The translations under genes were made by a program, and so were the position numbers. From positions 48,481-112,480 of the forward strand of contig JAKFYK010000018.1 of NCBI GenBank assembly GCA_021730905.1: a DNA stretch of 64,000 nt, in the 5' to 3' direction. Shown one piece after another: positions 36,907 through 48,038 of the stretch; the stretch's first letter is position 1, and every line of letters starts with the position of its first letter. This DNA is from Betaproteobacteria bacterium (GTDB lineage: Bacteria > Pseudomonadota > Gammaproteobacteria > Burkholderiales > SG8-41). Below the pieces are notes generated by a model, which made no database searches, was not told the origin of the DNA, and saw only the letters and a program-made list of their open reading frames with translations.

Positions 36907-38493
36907 TTACGCCGGCAGGCCCGCCTCCACCAGCGTGCGCGTGTAGTCCGATTGAGGGCGGGTAACGATGTCGTCGAACAACCCGCTTTCGACCACGCGA
37001 CTGTCCTTCATCACCATCACTCGATGCGCCATCGCGCGCACCACATCGATATCATGCGTCACCAGGATGTAGCTCAAGCCGTACTTGCGCTGCAACTCGC
37101 CAAGTAGTTCCAGCACCTGCTTCTGAATCGTCACGTCAAGCGCACTGGTTGGCTCGTCCAGCACCACCACCTGCGGCTTGACGATCAGCGCCCGCGCGAT
37201 GGCAATGCGCTGGCGCTGCCCGCCGGAAAATTCGTGCGGATAGCGATTGAGCAGCGATACCGCCTCACCGTTTTCAGTCAAACCCACATCCAGCAGCGCC
37301 TGTAGCACGCGTTCACGGCGTTCCGCGTCGCCTAATCCCGGCTCATGAATCTCCAGTCCTTCGCCGATAATAGCTTCCACGGTCAACCGCGGCGACAACG
37401 ATGACAGCGGATCCTGAAACACCACCTGAATTTTTCGGCGCAACGCCCGGCGGGCGTCGGCGTTCGCACCCAGCCACGGTACACCGCCGATATGAATGTC
37501 GCCCTGCGCTGCCACCAGATTCAGCACTGCTAGCGCCAGCGTGGTTTTGCCGGAACCGGATTCGCCTATCACACCGAGTGTTTCGCCGGGCGCGAGATCA
37601 AAATCGACATCGCGTACTGCGACGAACCTGCCCTTCCTGAACCAACCCTTGAACCCTGGCAACCGCGTCGGATAATCCACCTGCACGTGCTTGGCAGACA
37701 CCACGCACCCTTCGCCCGGCGGTAGCACCGAGCGCTGCGGCCGGCTGTTCAGAAGTTTTCGGGTATAGGCGTGTTGCGGACGCTGCGTGACATCAGCCGT
37801 GGATCCCTGCTCCACAATGACGCCGCGTTCCATCACCGCCACACGATCGGAAAAGCGCCGCACCAGATTCAAATCATGCGTAATCAGCAGCAGCGCCATA
37901 CTCGACTCCGATCTTAATTTGTCAATTAAATCCAGTATTTGAATTCTGATTGACACATCGAGCGCAGTAGTCGGCTCATCCGCGATCAGCAGGCGCGGAT
38001 TACACGCCAGCGCCATTGCGATCATTGCGCGCTGGCGCTGCCCGCCGGACAATTGATGCGGATAACTGCGTGCGCGCACTTCCGGCTCAGTGATACCTAC
38101 ACGGGCCAAAGCGGCCACGGCACCCGCGTGCGCCTGCGCGCCGCTCATGCCCATATGCAATTGCAACGACTCGGCAATTTGGCGGCCAACCGGATATATG
38201 GGATTCAGCGCCGTCATCGGCTCCTGAAAAATTACCGCTATATCACGCCCCCGCAATCCGTGCAGCGCATCGGCAGGCATCTGCAACACATTTTTGCCGT
38301 CAAAGACAATCTCACCGCTCAAGCGCGCCGCCTCAACCAGGCGCATCAGGGACAATGCCGTAACCGTTTTTCCGGAACCCGATTCGCCGACCAACGCCAG
38401 TTTTTCTCCGGCGTCGAGTGAAAACGACACGCGATCCACCACGCGGCGCGCGCCGAATTCAACACAGAGATCGCGCACCTCCAGCAGGCTCAC
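36907..38493 (-). CDS. yejF: Fused double-NBD ABC ATPase (YejF-like)
   Basis: 528 aa. Two Walker A motifs (GESGSGKT x2), two LSGGQRQR signatures and two Walker B motifs. Confidence 0.75.
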   Translation of the reverse strand: MSLLEVRDLCVEFGARRVVDRVSFSLDAGEKLALVGESGSGKTVTALSLMRLVEAARLSGEIVFDGKNVLQMPADALHGLRGRDIAVIFQEPMTALNPIYPVGRQIAESLQLHMGMSGAQAHAGAVAALARVGITEPEVRARSYPHQLSGGQRQRAMIAMALACNPRLLIADEPTTALDVSIRIQILDLIDKLRSESSMALLLITHDLNLVRRFSDRVAVMERGVIVEQGSTADVTQRPQHAYTRKLLNSRPQRSVLPPGEGCVVSAKHVQVDYPTRLPGFKGWFRKGRFVAVRDVDFDLAPGETLGVIGESGSGKTTLALAVLNLVAAQGDIHIGGVPWLGANADARRALRRKIQVVFQDPLSSLSPRLTVEAIIGEGLEIHEPGLGDAERRERVLQALLDVGLTENGEAVSLLNRYPHEFSGGQRQRIAIARALIVKPQVVVLDEPTSALDVTIQKQVLELLGELQRKYGLSYILVTHDIDVVRAMAHRVMVMKDSRVVESGLFDDIVTRPQSDYTRTLVEAGLPA

Positions 38494-39590
38494 GGCTGAT
38501 CTCCTTCCAGCACCTTGCGCGGATCCAGCGCGTCACGCAGCGCATCGCCTATCAAAATCAGCAACATCAGCATGATCACCAGCACGCCAAACGTGGTTAT
38601 GGAAATCCACCACGCATCGAGATTCTCCTTGCCCTGATTGAGCAGTTCGCCCAGGCTGGGCGTACCCGGAGGCACGCCGAGTCCGAGGAAGTCGAGGCTG
38701 GTCAGTGCGCCAATCGCACCGGCCATCTCGAATGGAATCAGTGTGACCACGGGCGTCAAGCTGTTCGGCAATATGTGGCGCCGCATAATCGCCAGATTGC
38801 TTTGGCCCAGGGCGCGAGCCGCACGCACATAGTCAAGTGTGCGGTTCTTCAGAAATTCGGCTCGCACATAAGCGGCAATACCGAGCCAGCCGAACATCGA
38901 CAGCAGTATCACCAGCAGCCAGAAACTCGGCGCGAACAGCGCCGACAGGATGATCAGCAGATACAGTTTGGGCATCGCCCCCCAGATCTCGTTGAATCGT
39001 TCCATGGCGATGTCGATCCACCCCGCGAAATATCCTTGAATCGCGCCGTACAGCACGCCAAAAACCGTGCAGGCCGCCGCCACGATCAACGCAAAAAATA
39101 CGGATATGCGAAATCCATAGAGCAATCGGGCCAGCAAATCGCGTCCTTTGTCATCGGTGCCGAGCACGTTGCCAGCATCCGGTCGTGCGGGGTTCGGATA
39201 CTGCGAGAAGTAATTGATCGTTTTATGGTGATAAGGATTGGGGGGATACAAGGCAAAATTACCGGGCGCGGCAAGATTGGCGCGGATTTGCGGATCGAGA
39301 TAGTCCGTGGGTGTCGGGAAATCACCGCCGAAGGTGGTTTCAGGCAGGGTTTGCACCACGGGAAAGTACCAGTGCCCGTTGTAGCGCGCGATCAGCGGTT
39401 TGTCATTCGACAACACTTCGGCAGCAAGACTGATGCAAAACATCACGACAAACACGACAAGACTCACGTAGCCCAGCCGGTTGGCACGAAATCGCCGCCA
39501 CGCGCGCCGGGAAGGACTGGCGCTGCCTGTCGCGCTGTTGGTCGCCTTCGCGGCTGCTGGTGCGACAGGTGCAGTAGCCGTCATGATCAA
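38490..39590 (-). CDS. yejE: ABC permease (YejE-like)
   Basis: 366-aa polytopic protein with 4-nt overlaps on both sides. Confidence 0.7.
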   Translation of the reverse strand: MIMTATAPVAPAAAKATNSATGSASPSRRAWRRFRANRLGYVSLVVFVVMFCISLAAEVLSNDKPLIARYNGHWYFPVVQTLPETTFGGDFPTPTDYLDPQIRANLAAPGNFALYPPNPYHHKTINYFSQYPNPARPDAGNVLGTDDKGRDLLARLLYGFRISVFFALIVAAACTVFGVLYGAIQGYFAGWIDIAMERFNEIWGAMPKLYLLIILSALFAPSFWLLVILLSMFGWLGIAAYVRAEFLKNRTLDYVRAARALGQSNLAIMRRHILPNSLTPVVTLIPFEMAGAIGALTSLDFLGLGVPPGTPSLGELLNQGKENLDAWWISITTFGVLVIMLMLLILIGDALRDALDPRKVLEGDQP

Positions 39591-40633
39591 TCGAAGTATT
39601 TAACCCGTGGATCAACCCACAGGTAACTCAGGTCGCGCAGCAAATGCGCCAGCAAACCGATGATGGTAAAGACGTAAAGGCTGCCGAACACCACCGGATA
39701 ATCACGGCGTATCACCGATTCGTACGACAGCAGCCCTAGGCCATCAAGGGAAAACAGCGTTTCAATCAGCAGGGAACCCGCGAAAAACGCGCCCACAAAC
39801 GCCGCCGGAAAGCCGGTGGCAATGGGAATCAACGCATTGCGGAATACGTGCGTCCACAATACCCTGCGTTCCGGCACGCCTTTTGCGCGCGCCGTCAGCA
39901 CGTACTGCTTGCGGATTTCCTCCAGCACCGAGTTCTTGGTCAGCACGGTAATCACCGCGAAACCGCCCAAAACCATCGCCGTGACCGGCAGCGTAATATG
40001 CCAGAAATAATCGGTAATTTTCGCCAGCGTGCCGAGTTCGGCCCAATTCATGGAAGTAATGCCCCGCAAAGGAAACCACTGCACAAAAGTGCCGCCCGCA
40101 AAATACACCAGCAACACCACGCCCAGCACGAAACTCGGAATCGCATAGCCCAGCAGGATCACAAACGTGGTAGCCGTATCGAACGGCGTGCCCGCCCGCA
40201 CCGCCTTGGCGATGCCCAAAGGCACCGAAATCAGATAGATCAGCAAAAAAGTCCACAAACCCAGGCTGATTGAAACCGGCAGTTTCTCCTTGATCAGCTG
40301 CCACACATCCTTGTTATGAAAAAAACTCTTGCCCAGATCAAAGCGCGCAAACTGACCGAGCATCTGAATAAAACGTTCGTGCGCCGGCTTGTCGAAACCG
40401 TAGAGCTTCCTGATTTCTTCAACCCTGGCGGCATCCACACCCTGCCGTCCGCGATAGCTCCCTTCCGCCGGTGCAGCACCCACCTCGCCGCCCGCATCGC
40501 GTCCCTGCAATTGCGCAACCATCTGCTCGACCGGTCCACCGGGTACGAATTGGATGATGGTAAATGTAATCAGCAGAATGCCGATCAGCGTTGGGATCAT
40601 CAACAGCAGGCGCCTGAGTATGTAGGACCACAT
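39587..40633 (-). CDS. yejB: ABC permease (YejB-like)
   Basis: 348 aa. Closely parallels E. coli YejB as I recall it (YGFDKP, KITDYxWHITLP, TARAKGV). Confidence 0.7.
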   Translation of the reverse strand: MWSYILRRLLLMIPTLIGILLITFTIIQFVPGGPVEQMVAQLQGRDAGGEVGAAPAEGSYRGRQGVDAARVEEIRKLYGFDKPAHERFIQMLGQFARFDLGKSFFHNKDVWQLIKEKLPVSISLGLWTFLLIYLISVPLGIAKAVRAGTPFDTATTFVILLGYAIPSFVLGVVLLVYFAGGTFVQWFPLRGITSMNWAELGTLAKITDYFWHITLPVTAMVLGGFAVITVLTKNSVLEEIRKQYVLTARAKGVPERRVLWTHVFRNALIPIATGFPAAFVGAFFAGSLLIETLFSLDGLGLLSYESVIRRDYPVVFGSLYVFTIIGLLAHLLRDLSYLWVDPRVKYFD

Positions 40634-40636
40634 AGG

Positions 40637-42439
40637 CTATTGCTTTTTCCACCAGGTACGCAGCACCCAGTCTTCGGGCTGATAATACTGCGGCGCAATC
40701 GACGGTTGCTCAAATTTTCCCCCGCGATAGGCAACGCGAAATCCCTCCGCGTACCATTGGGGGATGACATAGTGGCCGTGCCGCAACACGCGATCCAGCG
40801 CTCTCAGCCGTGCCACCAGCTCCGGCCGCGTTTTCGAGGCAACCGCCGTCTCCAGCAGGTAATCGACGCTGGCGTCGCGAACGCCAAGAATGTTATGCGA
40901 GCCTTGGGTATCCGCCGATTTGGAACCGTAACGGTCCAGCAATTCGCTGCCCGGCGACTCCGACCCGCGCTGGCGCTGGGTAGTCAGATCAAAATCAAAA
41001 ACATCCCAGCGCTTTTGAATCAGCGCAAAATCCGCGCGGCGGTAGCGCGCGTCGATACCCAGCTTGGCCAGTGCCTGTGTATACGGGGCGAAAACGCGCT
41101 CACCGCCGGATCCGCCATCCAGATACTCGAGCACGAAAGCCTCGCCCTTTGCATTGCGCAAGGCGCCGTCGCGGTAAGTCCACCCGGCTGCCTCGAGCAG
41201 CGCCTTGGCTTTGCGCAGATTGCCCCGCAAGCTGTTCGGTGACGCCGTAGAAGGCGGCATCGGCACTGCCTCCGTAAATACTTTCGCCGGCAGCTTGTCA
41301 CGCAAGGGTTCGAGCACGATCAACTCATCCGCGCCCGGCAGACCTTCGGCTTCAAAATCGCTGGCATTAAAAAATCCGCGAACACGCGTATACGAGTTAT
41401 AAAACAATTGCCGGTTCATCCATTCGTAGTCCATGGCCAGGCCGATTGCTTCGCGTACACGCGCATCCTTGAACTTTTCGCGCCGCGTATTGATCAGGTA
41501 CCCCTGAAAATCTCCGGCATTCTTTGCCTTCAGGTGCGCGCGCACCAGTTCGCCACTGTCAAATTTTTTGCCGGTGTAGGCGCGCGCCCAATCGCGTGCG
41601 GAAAATACCTGAACATAGTCAAATTCTCCCGCCTTGAAGGCCTCGGTTTGCGCAGTGTTGTCCTTGTAAATCTTGAAGGTGATGCGGTCGAAATTGAACA
41701 TGCCCCGGCGCACATTCACGTCACGTGCCCAATAGTTGGGATCGCGATCATAAGTGATATCGCGCCCGAAGTTCATGCGGCCAATCTTGTACGGGCCACT
41801 GGCCACCGGCTTTTCGGTGATCACTTCGTTAAACGGTTTGCCCGCACCCCACGCCTTGCTGAACACCGGCAAACCGCCTACCAGCAGCGGCAATTCGGCG
41901 CTGGCATTCTTGAAGTCAAACCGCACGCTCAGCGGTCCGGTCACCACCGCCTGTTTTACGTCGCCGAATATGACGCGATATTGAGGGGCCGCCTGCTTGC
42001 TCATCAGCGTGTCGAAAGTGTGCTTGACATCGGCCGCTGTCACTGGCGTGCCATCCTGAAATCGCGCGCTGGCATTGATTCTAAAGGTCACCGACAACCG
42101 GTCCTCGGACACCTCTACATCCTCCGCCAGCAAGCCGTAGGTTGTGGTGGGTTCATCCATCGCCCCGGTAAGCAGCGTTTCAAAAACCAGCGTACTGAGA
42201 CCCGGTGGTGCAGCGCCCTTTAACGTAAACGGATTGAACTTGTCGAAATTGGTAAGCCGGGTAGGTGCAACCAGCGAAATCTCGCCGCCCTTCGGCGCCT
42301 TGGGATTCGCCCACTCGAAATGCGCAAACCCTGCCGGGTATTTGATATCGCCAAATTGCGCATAGGCATGCGCCGCATGGGATTGGCCCGCAAACACGCT
42401 TGCAGTCATCGCCATGCACACTACGGCCAGGCGGATCAT
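40637..42439 (-). CDS. yejA: Family 5 ABC substrate-binding protein (YejA-like)
   Basis: 600 aa with a signal peptide. First gene of the yejABEF-like unit. Confidence 0.7.
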   Translation of the reverse strand: MIRLAVVCMAMTASVFAGQSHAAHAYAQFGDIKYPAGFAHFEWANPKAPKGGEISLVAPTRLTNFDKFNPFTLKGAAPPGLSTLVFETLLTGAMDEPTTTYGLLAEDVEVSEDRLSVTFRINASARFQDGTPVTAADVKHTFDTLMSKQAAPQYRVIFGDVKQAVVTGPLSVRFDFKNASAELPLLVGGLPVFSKAWGAGKPFNEVITEKPVASGPYKIGRMNFGRDITYDRDPNYWARDVNVRRGMFNFDRITFKIYKDNTAQTEAFKAGEFDYVQVFSARDWARAYTGKKFDSGELVRAHLKAKNAGDFQGYLINTRREKFKDARVREAIGLAMDYEWMNRQLFYNSYTRVRGFFNASDFEAEGLPGADELIVLEPLRDKLPAKVFTEAVPMPPSTASPNSLRGNLRKAKALLEAAGWTYRDGALRNAKGEAFVLEYLDGGSGGERVFAPYTQALAKLGIDARYRRADFALIQKRWDVFDFDLTTQRQRGSESPGSELLDRYGSKSADTQGSHNILGVRDASVDYLLETAVASKTRPELVARLRALDRVLRHGHYVIPQWYAEGFRVAYRGGKFEQPSIAPQYYQPEDWVLRTWWKKQ

Positions 42440-44157
42440 GGTACCGCCTGCCCTTTCACCATGGCATAAGTACCCGGCACTGCTGCAAGCAGTTGCTGTG
42501 TGTACGGATGCCGGGGATTCGAATAAATCTCGTCGGAATCCGCCATTTCAACGATTTCACCGTCTTTCATCACCATGACCTGATCGGACATGTATTTAAC
42601 CACGGCCAGATCATGCGAAATAAAAATGTAACTCATGCCAAACTCGTCCTGCAAATCCTGCAACAGATTCAGCAGCTGCGCCTGCACCGAGAGATCCAGG
42701 GCGGAAACCGCCTCATCGCAAATCAGCACATCCGGCTTCATCGTCAGGCAGCGCGCTATCGCGATACGCTGCCGTTGTCCGCCCGAGAACTCGTGAGGAT
42801 ACTTGAAGAACGCGGATTCCGGCAGCCCTGTTTTTTGCATGAGCTCCACCGCCATTCCAACCCGTTCCTGCTCGCCTGCGCCGATGCCGTGTATTTGCAT
42901 CGGCTCCATCAATATCTGACCGGCGGTAAAACGCGGATTCAGCGACGCATACGGATTTTGAAACACAATCTGCATACGCCGTTTGTAGGGCATGGCTTCT
43001 GCGGACGTGAGCGCCAGCAAGTCACGGCCCTCAAACAGCGCAGCGCCACTCGATGCCGGCGTAAGACGCATCAGCGTTAACGCCATCGTGGTCTTGCCCG
43101 AACCTGATTCACCGACGACACCCAGCGTTTTTCCCTTGGCCAGTTTGAATGTGGCATTGTGAAGCGCCTTGAACTCCCGCTTGCGCAGCAGGCCTTCCCG
43201 AAAATAGAAGCCTTTGGAAAGCCGGCTGACGTCGAGAATGATTGCTTCATCGCCGTGCAGGCCGCGCGGCCGTTCGGTGTCACGGCTGGGTACGGGTGAG
43301 CCACCCAGAAAATCATCCGCCACCGGCAATCGTTGCGGACGCCCTGTGAGCGGCGGGCGGCACGCCAGCAGCGCCTTGGTATAGTCGTCTTTCGGCGCGG
43401 AAAATATCTGCGCGACACTGCCCTGCTCGCGAATTTCGCCTTCGCGCATCACCACCACGTGATCCGCCACTTCCGCCACCAGACCCAGATCGTGCGTGAT
43501 AAACAGCATCGCCATCTGTCTGCGCTGCCGCAATTGCCCTAGTAACGTAAGTATTTGTTTTTGAACAGTAATATCTAGTGCTGTCGTAGGTTCGTCAGCA
43601 ATCAATAGCCTAGGTTCGCAGGCGATCGCCATTGCGATCATCACGCGCTGTTGCTGGCCGCCGGAGAGTTGATGCGGGTACGCGGATACGCGCGTTGGCG
43701 GGTCGGGGATCCCGACCTCCCGCAGCAATTCGATCGCCCGCTCGCGCGCGCGCTCGCCGCTGAGACCCAGATGTTTTTTCAGCACTTCAATCAATTGAAA
43801 GCCGATGCTGAATACCGGGTTGAGCGAGCTCATCGGCTCCTGAAACACCATCGAGATTTCCGCGCCACGCAGCGCCGTAAGTTCGCGTGGCATACTTTTC
43901 AGCAAATCGCGATTGCGATAGTGAATTGCGCTCCCCGGCAATACGCGGGCATTCGCCGCCGGCAGCAAACCCAAAATCGCCAGAGCAGTAACCGATTTTC
44001 CGCTGCCGGATTCACCCACCAGCGCCACCGTCTGGTTGGCGGAAACGTCGAAACTTGCACCCTTCACGGCATGCAGCACTGCGTCGTCGTCGAGGCGGAA
44101 ATCCACTTTCAGGTTACGCACGCTGAGCAGCGCTTCTTTGCTGTCGGTCGTAGTCAT
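42436..44157 (-). CDS. Fused double-NBD peptide-type ABC ATPase
   Basis: 573 aa. Two GESGSGK(S/T) Walker A motifs and two LSGGQ(Q/R)QR signatures. Confidence 0.85.
   Translation of the reverse strand: MTTTDSKEALLSVRNLKVDFRLDDDAVLHAVKGASFDVSANQTVALVGESGSGKSVTALAILGLLPAANARVLPGSAIHYRNRDLLKSMPRELTALRGAEISMVFQEPMSSLNPVFSIGFQLIEVLKKHLGLSGERARERAIELLREVGIPDPPTRVSAYPHQLSGGQQQRVMIAMAIACEPRLLIADEPTTALDITVQKQILTLLGQLRQRRQMAMLFITHDLGLVAEVADHVVVMREGEIREQGSVAQIFSAPKDDYTKALLACRPPLTGRPQRLPVADDFLGGSPVPSRDTERPRGLHGDEAIILDVSRLSKGFYFREGLLRKREFKALHNATFKLAKGKTLGVVGESGSGKTTMALTLMRLTPASSGAALFEGRDLLALTSAEAMPYKRRMQIVFQNPYASLNPRFTAGQILMEPMQIHGIGAGEQERVGMAVELMQKTGLPESAFFKYPHEFSGGQRQRIAIARCLTMKPDVLICDEAVSALDLSVQAQLLNLLQDLQDEFGMSYIFISHDLAVVKYMSDQVMVMKDGEIVEMADSDEIYSNPRHPYTQQLLAAVPGTYAMVKGQAVP
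43548..43562 (-). repeat. Dispersed 15-mer, exact copy inside a CDS
   Basis: Plus strand reads TAAGTATTTGTTTTT. On the coding strand it is CAA AAA CAA ATA CTT ACG, which encodes QKQILT just after Walker B. Confidence 0.9.
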
Positions 44158-45191
44158 TTAAGCCTCGGATCAAGCGCATCGCGCAAGGCGTCGGTGAACA
44201 AGCTGAACGCCGTAACCAGCACTGCCATGGCAGTCGTCGCCGCGGCGAGTTGCCACCATTTTCCGAGTATCAGTTCCGACTGTGATTCATTCAACATGCT
44301 GCCCCACGAAACCGTATCCACGCCCACGCCAAAGCCGAGAAAACTCAGTATCACCTCGGACTTGATAAAAAGCACCACGTGCAGCGACAACTGCACCAGC
44401 GCCACGTGGCTCACGTTCGGGAATATATGAACAAACATGCGCCGGGTATTGGACGCACCAACGGCGTCAGCTGCCAGTACGTATTCGCGCGAGCGGTGCT
44501 TGAGATACTCGGCGCGCACCAGCCGGAAAATGCCGGTCCATCCGGTCAGCCCAAGAATCAGAATCACTGTCAGCGTGCCCTTTTGATTGAGCACTGCGGC
44601 AATGGCCAGCACCAGCAGCAAATACGGGATGGAGGTGAATACGCTGTAAATCCAGTTGAGAAAATCATCCATGCGGCCACCGTAGTAGCCGGCGTACGCG
44701 CCCAGCACCGTGCCGATAAACACTGCCAGCAGCGCCGCAACCAACCCCACCACCAATGAAGTCTCGGTACCCTTGACGGTTTTTTTGAGTATGTCGCGGC
44801 CCCACTTGTCGCCGCCCAGCAGCAGCGTGCCGGCTCTGGCAGTCTCAGCAGGCGCCACGGTCAAGCCCCTGCGCAGTTCACTGAGCACATCGGCCAACGG
44901 ATCGATGATTCCGGACACTTCGGGCACGGCCGACAATGACGGCTGCACCGACGGGACTTCTGTTTGCAGGACGTCGGCGCCGACAAACCCCGGCGGCGCG
45001 TAGTTCACGCCCGCCTCGCGCGGCCAGTCCGCCGCAATCAGTCCCACAGCAGCGGCTACCACGACCATAACGTAGGCACACAGAATAGCCGCCGATACCA
45101 CTGCCACGCGGTCGCGACGCAGCCGCCGCCATACCAGCGCCCACAGACCAGGAGACATGGTGTAAGCGGGGCAAGCGGGCGTTTCACTCAT
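44154..45191 (-). CDS. Peptide-type ABC permease (DppC/OppC-like)
   Basis: 345-aa polytopic protein with 4-nt overlaps. Confidence 0.8.
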   Translation of the reverse strand: MSETPACPAYTMSPGLWALVWRRLRRDRVAVVSAAILCAYVMVVVAAAVGLIAADWPREAGVNYAPPGFVGADVLQTEVPSVQPSLSAVPEVSGIIDPLADVLSELRRGLTVAPAETARAGTLLLGGDKWGRDILKKTVKGTETSLVVGLVAALLAVFIGTVLGAYAGYYGGRMDDFLNWIYSVFTSIPYLLLVLAIAAVLNQKGTLTVILILGLTGWTGIFRLVRAEYLKHRSREYVLAADAVGASNTRRMFVHIFPNVSHVALVQLSLHVVLFIKSEVILSFLGFGVGVDTVSWGSMLNESQSELILGKWWQLAAATTAMAVLVTAFSLFTDALRDALDPRLK

Positions 45192-46126
45192 TTGAGCTGT
45201 ACCCGTGGATCGATGGCTTTATACAGAATATCCGCCAGCAGATTAAATATCAGTGTCGCCACCGCGACATAAACCGTGACCGCCTTGATCACCGGGAAGT
45301 CGCTGCGCTCCACCGCAAGCAGCACTTCGCGCCCTATGCCGGGTATCGAAAAAAATCGCTCTATCAGAAATGCGCCCGCCAGCAACGCCGGCAGTTGAAT
45401 CATCACGTTGGTGACAATGGGAATCGCGGCATTGCGCAACACATGCACGCCCATCACCCGCGCTTCACTCATGCCCTTGGCGCGCGCGGTACGCACGTAG
45501 TCCTGATGAATTTCTTCGAGGAAAAATGTGCGGTACAGACGGGTATCCGGAGCCAGTGAAACCGCAACGCCGACAACGATCGGCAAAGCGCTGTATTTGA
45601 GCAAATTAACGATGAAATCTTGACCCCAGCCCTGCACCGGAAACCATCCGAGCTGATAGGCAAAAATATACTGAAAAACAATGATATAGACAAGAATGCT
45701 GATCGACTGGGCAACGGTGCAGCCCATCATGATGGCACGGTCGGTCAACGAGCCTCGTAGATAGGCCACCAGCAGCGCCATCGCCATCGACAAAAGGGTA
45801 CCGATGACCAGCATCGGCATCAGCACCGTCAGCGATGGCCCCAAACGGGTGATAAATATCGCCGACACTTTTTCGTTGGTCGCCCAACTCGCGCCGAAAT
45901 CACCGGTAACGATCTGCGTAATGAATATCCACAATTGCACGTAGTACGGCCGGTCTACACCCAACTGCCTGCGGATGTTTTCGATCTGCTCCGGATTGGA
46001 CATCTTGCCCGCCAGCACATACGCAGGATCGCCGCCGATCCAGTTGAACAGAACAAACAGCAGCAACACCACGCCCAGCAGCGTAGGCACGAACTGCAGC
46101 ACTCGGCGGAGGATGTAGGCCGGCAT
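45188..46126 (-). CDS. Peptide-type ABC permease (DppB/OppB-like)
   Basis: 312 aa. TARAKG motif. Confidence 0.8.
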   Translation of the reverse strand: MPAYILRRVLQFVPTLLGVVLLLFVLFNWIGGDPAYVLAGKMSNPEQIENIRRQLGVDRPYYVQLWIFITQIVTGDFGASWATNEKVSAIFITRLGPSLTVLMPMLVIGTLLSMAMALLVAYLRGSLTDRAIMMGCTVAQSISILVYIIVFQYIFAYQLGWFPVQGWGQDFIVNLLKYSALPIVVGVAVSLAPDTRLYRTFFLEEIHQDYVRTARAKGMSEARVMGVHVLRNAAIPIVTNVMIQLPALLAGAFLIERFFSIPGIGREVLLAVERSDFPVIKAVTVYVAVATLIFNLLADILYKAIDPRVQLK

Positions 46127-46131
46127 GCGGG

Positions 46132-47949
46132 TTATCGGGGATCCATGTCCACGTACAGCAAATCAAAAAAGAGTACCGGATGCTTTTTATAACCCGCAAC
46201 ATACGGTTGTAACAACACATTGCGATAGCGGCTGTCGGTCAACAACCAAGCAGTGTCGGCTTCCATTTGACGCGTCATCTCTCGGTAGAGTCGATTGCGC
46301 TCCGCACCGTCGGGTAACTGCCGTGATTTTTCATAGCGTTTGTCAAATTCCGGCGAACGGTAACAAGCGGAGTTGCTCTGCCCCGAATTCGGCCCGTACA
46401 GCAATTGCATGAAGTTGTCGCCGTCCGGATAGTCGGCAATCCAGGCCGTGTGCTTCATCATCAGACGGCATTGGTTCGCCAGCTTGATCAACTCGGCGAA
46501 GCGATCTTTATGAATTTCGAGGCGCACACCTATCCGGTCCATCGAGCGCTTCATCAACTCGTCGAACTGGCGATCACGATCGGACGGGGTGGAATAGTAT
46601 TTTATAATCAAAATGTTACCGTTAGGTTGCCGCCGGTATCCGTCGGCGCCGCGCTGATAACCAAACTTGTCCAGCAGCGCATTGGCAAGCCGCGGATCGT
46701 ATGACAAGCCGCTGCGAAATTGCGGCTCATGCCCTGCCACGCCCGGCGGTATCGGGTAATGCGCGCGTATTGCCTGGCCCTTGCGGATGATCTTGATCTG
46801 ATCCTCTACGTTATACGCCATTGCGATCGCGCGCCGCAGCGCAATCTTCTCCTTGCTGAAACCGCCGAGCGGATTGGGCTGATCGCCGATACGCTCCTGG
46901 GTATTGAAAAAAAGATAGATGATCTCGGGATCAACGGTGCGATCCATGCGGATGCCCTTGCCTGCATACTCGGCATTGAGCCTGCCCTCTGCCGTCATGA
47001 ACTTGGGCGCAAGTTCCTCTAACTGATACTCGATATCGGTTTCACGCCGCTGGAACGCGAGCCAGCGGCTCTGCGCTTCGTCCATGACGCTGATTTCCAC
47101 GCGGTCAATTTGCGGCAGTTTTTTGCCTTTCATACGTGCTGCGATTTGCTGATCGGCGGGGTCGGTGCCGAGCTCCGCATGCCAAAACAGCTCGCGGAAA
47201 TCAGGATTCTTTTCCAGCACCATCTTCGAAGAGCGCACATAGCGCTTCAACACATAAGGTCCGGTGCCGACAGGATGCGCATGGGTGTCGTCGCCGTACG
47301 CCATGATGACTTCGCGCGCGACCGCGCCCACCAGCGGAAACGCCAGCACATGCGAAAAGTTGAAATCCGTCTCGTTAAGACGTATGCGCAGCGTGTAGCG
47401 ATCCGGCGTTTCCAGACCCGCCACGGACGCATCGTAATCAAAGCGTCCGGATTTTTTTGCATCGGCAGCGAGCCTGTCCAACCCGATGATTTTCCCTTCA
47501 AACAAAAACGCATACGGCGAACGATTCTTCGGATCCAGAAAACGCTTGATCGAATAAGCATAGTCAGCGGCAGTCAGCTCGCGTTTTTGGCCCTTGAATG
47601 CCGCATCACCCGTAAATTGGATGCCGGGCCTGAGCCTGAGCGTGTAGGTTTTGCCGTCGTCCGTAATCTGCGGCAGCGACGTTGCGACATTCGGCACCAG
47701 CTTCGCCGGACGCGCCAGATAGTCGTAGGTCAGCAGCGGGTCGAATATTGCGGCAATCACTACCCCCGAGTAATAGTCCGAAACCTTGACGGGGTCGAAG
47801 CCAGTCTCGGCGGTTTGAAAGGTGATCCGCAGTACTTTGTCCGACAGACCGTCACCGGAAGATGGCGCGGACGACTGCGATGTCCTGTCGCCGCAACCCG
47901 CAACGGTTGCAGCCAGCAGCAACAGGACAAATAATCTGACGACAATCAT
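46132..47949 (-). CDS. Family 5 peptide-type ABC substrate-binding lipoprotein
   Basis: 605 aa. Lipobox LLAATVAGC. Confidence 0.8.
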   Translation of the reverse strand: MIVVRLFVLLLLAATVAGCGDRTSQSSAPSSGDGLSDKVLRITFQTAETGFDPVKVSDYYSGVVIAAIFDPLLTYDYLARPAKLVPNVATSLPQITDDGKTYTLRLRPGIQFTGDAAFKGQKRELTAADYAYSIKRFLDPKNRSPYAFLFEGKIIGLDRLAADAKKSGRFDYDASVAGLETPDRYTLRIRLNETDFNFSHVLAFPLVGAVAREVIMAYGDDTHAHPVGTGPYVLKRYVRSSKMVLEKNPDFRELFWHAELGTDPADQQIAARMKGKKLPQIDRVEISVMDEAQSRWLAFQRRETDIEYQLEELAPKFMTAEGRLNAEYAGKGIRMDRTVDPEIIYLFFNTQERIGDQPNPLGGFSKEKIALRRAIAMAYNVEDQIKIIRKGQAIRAHYPIPPGVAGHEPQFRSGLSYDPRLANALLDKFGYQRGADGYRRQPNGNILIIKYYSTPSDRDRQFDELMKRSMDRIGVRLEIHKDRFAELIKLANQCRLMMKHTAWIADYPDGDNFMQLLYGPNSGQSNSACYRSPEFDKRYEKSRQLPDGAERNRLYREMTRQMEADTAWLLTDSRYRNVLLQPYVAGYKKHPVLFFDLLYVDMDPR

Positions 47950-48038
47950 CGCGCATCAGTGTAGCCGAAAGATTCAGCGGGCGTCATCCGTCGATGGTGA
48001 GCGCTTGGTATAATCCGCCGCAAACCACAGGAACCACC

